NCBI GenBank assembly: GCA_964423385.1
Contig: CAYRER010000009.1
Location: 1 to 33,474 of the forward strand
Reading direction: 5' to 3'
DNA: 33,474 bases
From: an uncultured Candidatus Saccharibacteria bacterium
GTDB taxonomy: Bacteria; Patescibacteriota; Minisyncoccia; Phycocordibacterales; UBA918
Positions 32,314 through 33,474 of the stretch are shown piece after piece (position 1 is the stretch's first letter; every line of letters begins with the position of its first letter). A model generated the notes under the pieces. The model did no database searches. It saw nothing but the letters and a program-made list of their open reading frames with translations, and was not told the DNA's origin. Both the position numbers and the translations under genes were made by a program.

Positions 32314-33294
32314 ATGAGCAAGATTCGCGTTGCAGTGCTTCGTGGTGGCCTCAGTGACGAGTACGACGTGTCCCTCAAGACGGGTGCGGCAGTTCTCGAG
32401 CACCTCGACCGTGAGCGATTCAATCCGATTGATGTCGTCATTACGCGGAGCGGCGAGTGGCTCGCCGACGGGAGGGCGAAGCTTCCCGAGCAGGTCCTCT
32501 ACACCGTCGATGTCGTCTTCAATGCGCTCCACGGCACGTACGGCGAGGACGGCACCGTCCAGCGGCTCCTCGACCGGTATGCAGTCCCGTACACGGGGAG
32601 CAAAGCATTTCCTTCAAACATCGCAATGAATAAGATTCTCACCAAGCGCGCGCTCGAGGGTCACGGCATCAAGATGGCGCCCCACACCCAGGTTACGAAG
32701 GAGTCGCTCAAGGACCTCGGGAGGGTCACCGAAAAGATTCTCACAGCGTTCGGGCCGGAGTATGTCATCAAACCCGTCGCCTCCGGCTCCTCGGTCGGTA
32801 CGATGATGGTGAGAAACCCCCTCCTCCTCGAATCGGCGCTCAAGGACGCCCTCTCGAAGTTTGATGAGGTCATGGTTGAGGCGCGCATCCACGGGAGAGA
32901 GGCAACGTGCGGTGTTGCCGAACGCTACCGGGGCGCACCGCTCTACGCGTTTCCTCCGATTGAGATTGTTCCGCCGCCCCGCGCAGAGTTTTTCGACAGG
33001 GAAGTGAAGTACAACGGTGAGACGGAGGAAATCTGCCCCGCGCGCTTCGGCCATGCGGTGAAAAAGGAAATTGAGGAAGCGTCGAAGTTTGTCCACGGGA
33101 AGCTCGGCCTCTCGCAGTACTCGCGTTCGGACTTCATCGTCGCCGACGACGGTATCTACTTCCTCGAGGTGAATACGCTCCCCGGACTCACGAAGGAGTC
33201 GCTCCTTCCGAAGGCCGTACACGCGGTCGGCGGCACATACCCGCACTTCATTGAACACCTCATTACCGACGCTCTGCGTACGCGTGTGTCATAA
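32314..33294 (+). CDS. ddl: D-alanine--D-alanine ligase
   Basis: I chose ATG 32314 (MSKIRVAVLRGGLSDEYDVSL...); the ORF-track GTG 32296 lies inside the -10 box. ATP-grasp motifs: FNALHGTYGEDGTVQRLLD, YVIKPVASGSSVG, SRSDFIV, and YFLEVNTLPGLT. Confidence 0.93.
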   Translation: MSKIRVAVLRGGLSDEYDVSLKTGAAVLEHLDRERFNPIDVVITRSGEWLADGRAKLPEQVLYTVDVVFNALHGTYGEDGTVQRLLDRYAVPYTGSKAFPSNIAMNKILTKRALEGHGIKMAPHTQVTKESLKDLGRVTEKILTAFGPEYVIKPVASGSSVGTMMVRNPLLLESALKDALSKFDEVMVEARIHGREATCGVAERYRGAPLYAFPPIEIVPPPRAEFFDREVKYNGETEEICPARFGHAVKKEIEEASKFVHGKLGLSQYSRSDFIVADDGIYFLEVNTLPGLTKESLLPKAVHAVGGTYPHFIEHLITDALRTRVS

Positions 33295-33302
33295 TTATCC
33301 GT

Positions 33303-33474
33303 ATGGCCGTCTCGCGCAAGGTGCTCACAGGGAAGGAGCTCGAAAAGAAGCTCAAGGGCCTTTCCGATTGGACAGTGAACGCAAAGGAGACAGAAATTGC
33401 AAAGACGTTCAAGACCGCATCGTTCGTCGGCAGTCTCGCGCTCTCCGCGAAGATTGCGGTCCATGCAGAGGTTA
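33303..33474 (+). CDS. Pterin-4-alpha-carbinolamine dehydratase (PCD/DCoH family), 5' part only, truncated by the window end
   Basis: ATG at 33303. My translation is MAVSRKVLTGKELEKKLKGLSDWTVNAKETEIAKTFKTASFVGSLALSAKIAVHAEV. This matches the family pattern (L..W....... F.F..F..A..F...VA..AE) just before the expected HHP motif. It is open to the window edge and absent from the ORF track because it has no stop. Confidence 0.65.
   Translation, partial: MAVSRKVLTGKELEKKLKGLSDWTVNAKETEIAKTFKTASFVGSLALSAKIAVHAEV

Noticed and set aside
1-33474. Alternative genetic code with UGA recoded as an amino acid, as in some CPR lineages.
   Set aside because: TGA terminates conserved genes at their expected C-termini (uvrB at 23099..23101, uvrC at 31267..31269). 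No conserved gene shows an in-frame TGA.

Overview
GC-rich, gene-dense window. Every gene I can support (about 24) is on the + strand, and TGA, TAA and TAG all act as stops. The content falls into two parts.

(1) 173..14821 is a tightly packed block of eight genes. Every product carries a signal peptide or a membrane anchor:
- three paralogous cohesin-domain proteins, one of which also carries the only dockerin in the window
- a helical anchored protein
- a very acidic beta-propeller protein
- a 2052-aa giant protein with an Asp-box propeller-like N-terminus, a duplicated two-domain supermodule, two further copies of the same beta-sandwich module, and a C-terminal domain that reads like a degenerate WxL cell-wall-binding domain
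- two paralogous proteins whose architecture resembles CscA (DUF916/DUF3324 plus TM anchor)

I consider this cohesin/dockerin plus WxL/Csc-like surface locus the candidate undescribed system.

(2) 14871..33474 is mostly housekeeping:
- an anchored small protein and a TlpA-like redoxin that has lost its CXXC motif
- an unlisted 56-codon membrane sORF with a strong terminator
- an AI-2E/PerM-type transporter, a CapA-family protein and an anchored FKBP isomerase
- tgt
- an HD-domain (p)ppGpp-hydrolase-like gene preceded by two copies of a 14-bp perfect palindrome
- uvrB, then a 940-aa doubly anchored Ig-repeat surface protein translationally coupled to an orphan histidine kinase, then uvrA and a compact 410-aa uvrC
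- a short UDP-glucose-dehydrogenase-like gene preceded by a relic copy of its own first 9 codons
- ddl and the 5' end of a pterin-4a-carbinolamine dehydratase gene

Several genes that begin a transcription unit have a -10-like box only 6-10 nt upstream of the start codon and no Shine-Dalgarno, which suggests leaderless mRNAs. No rRNA, tRNA, CRISPR array, transposase or integrase was recognised.

Compact proteins, anchored cohesin proteins and the single-strand layout are compatible with a Patescibacteria/CPR-like genome. That lineage call is inference only.
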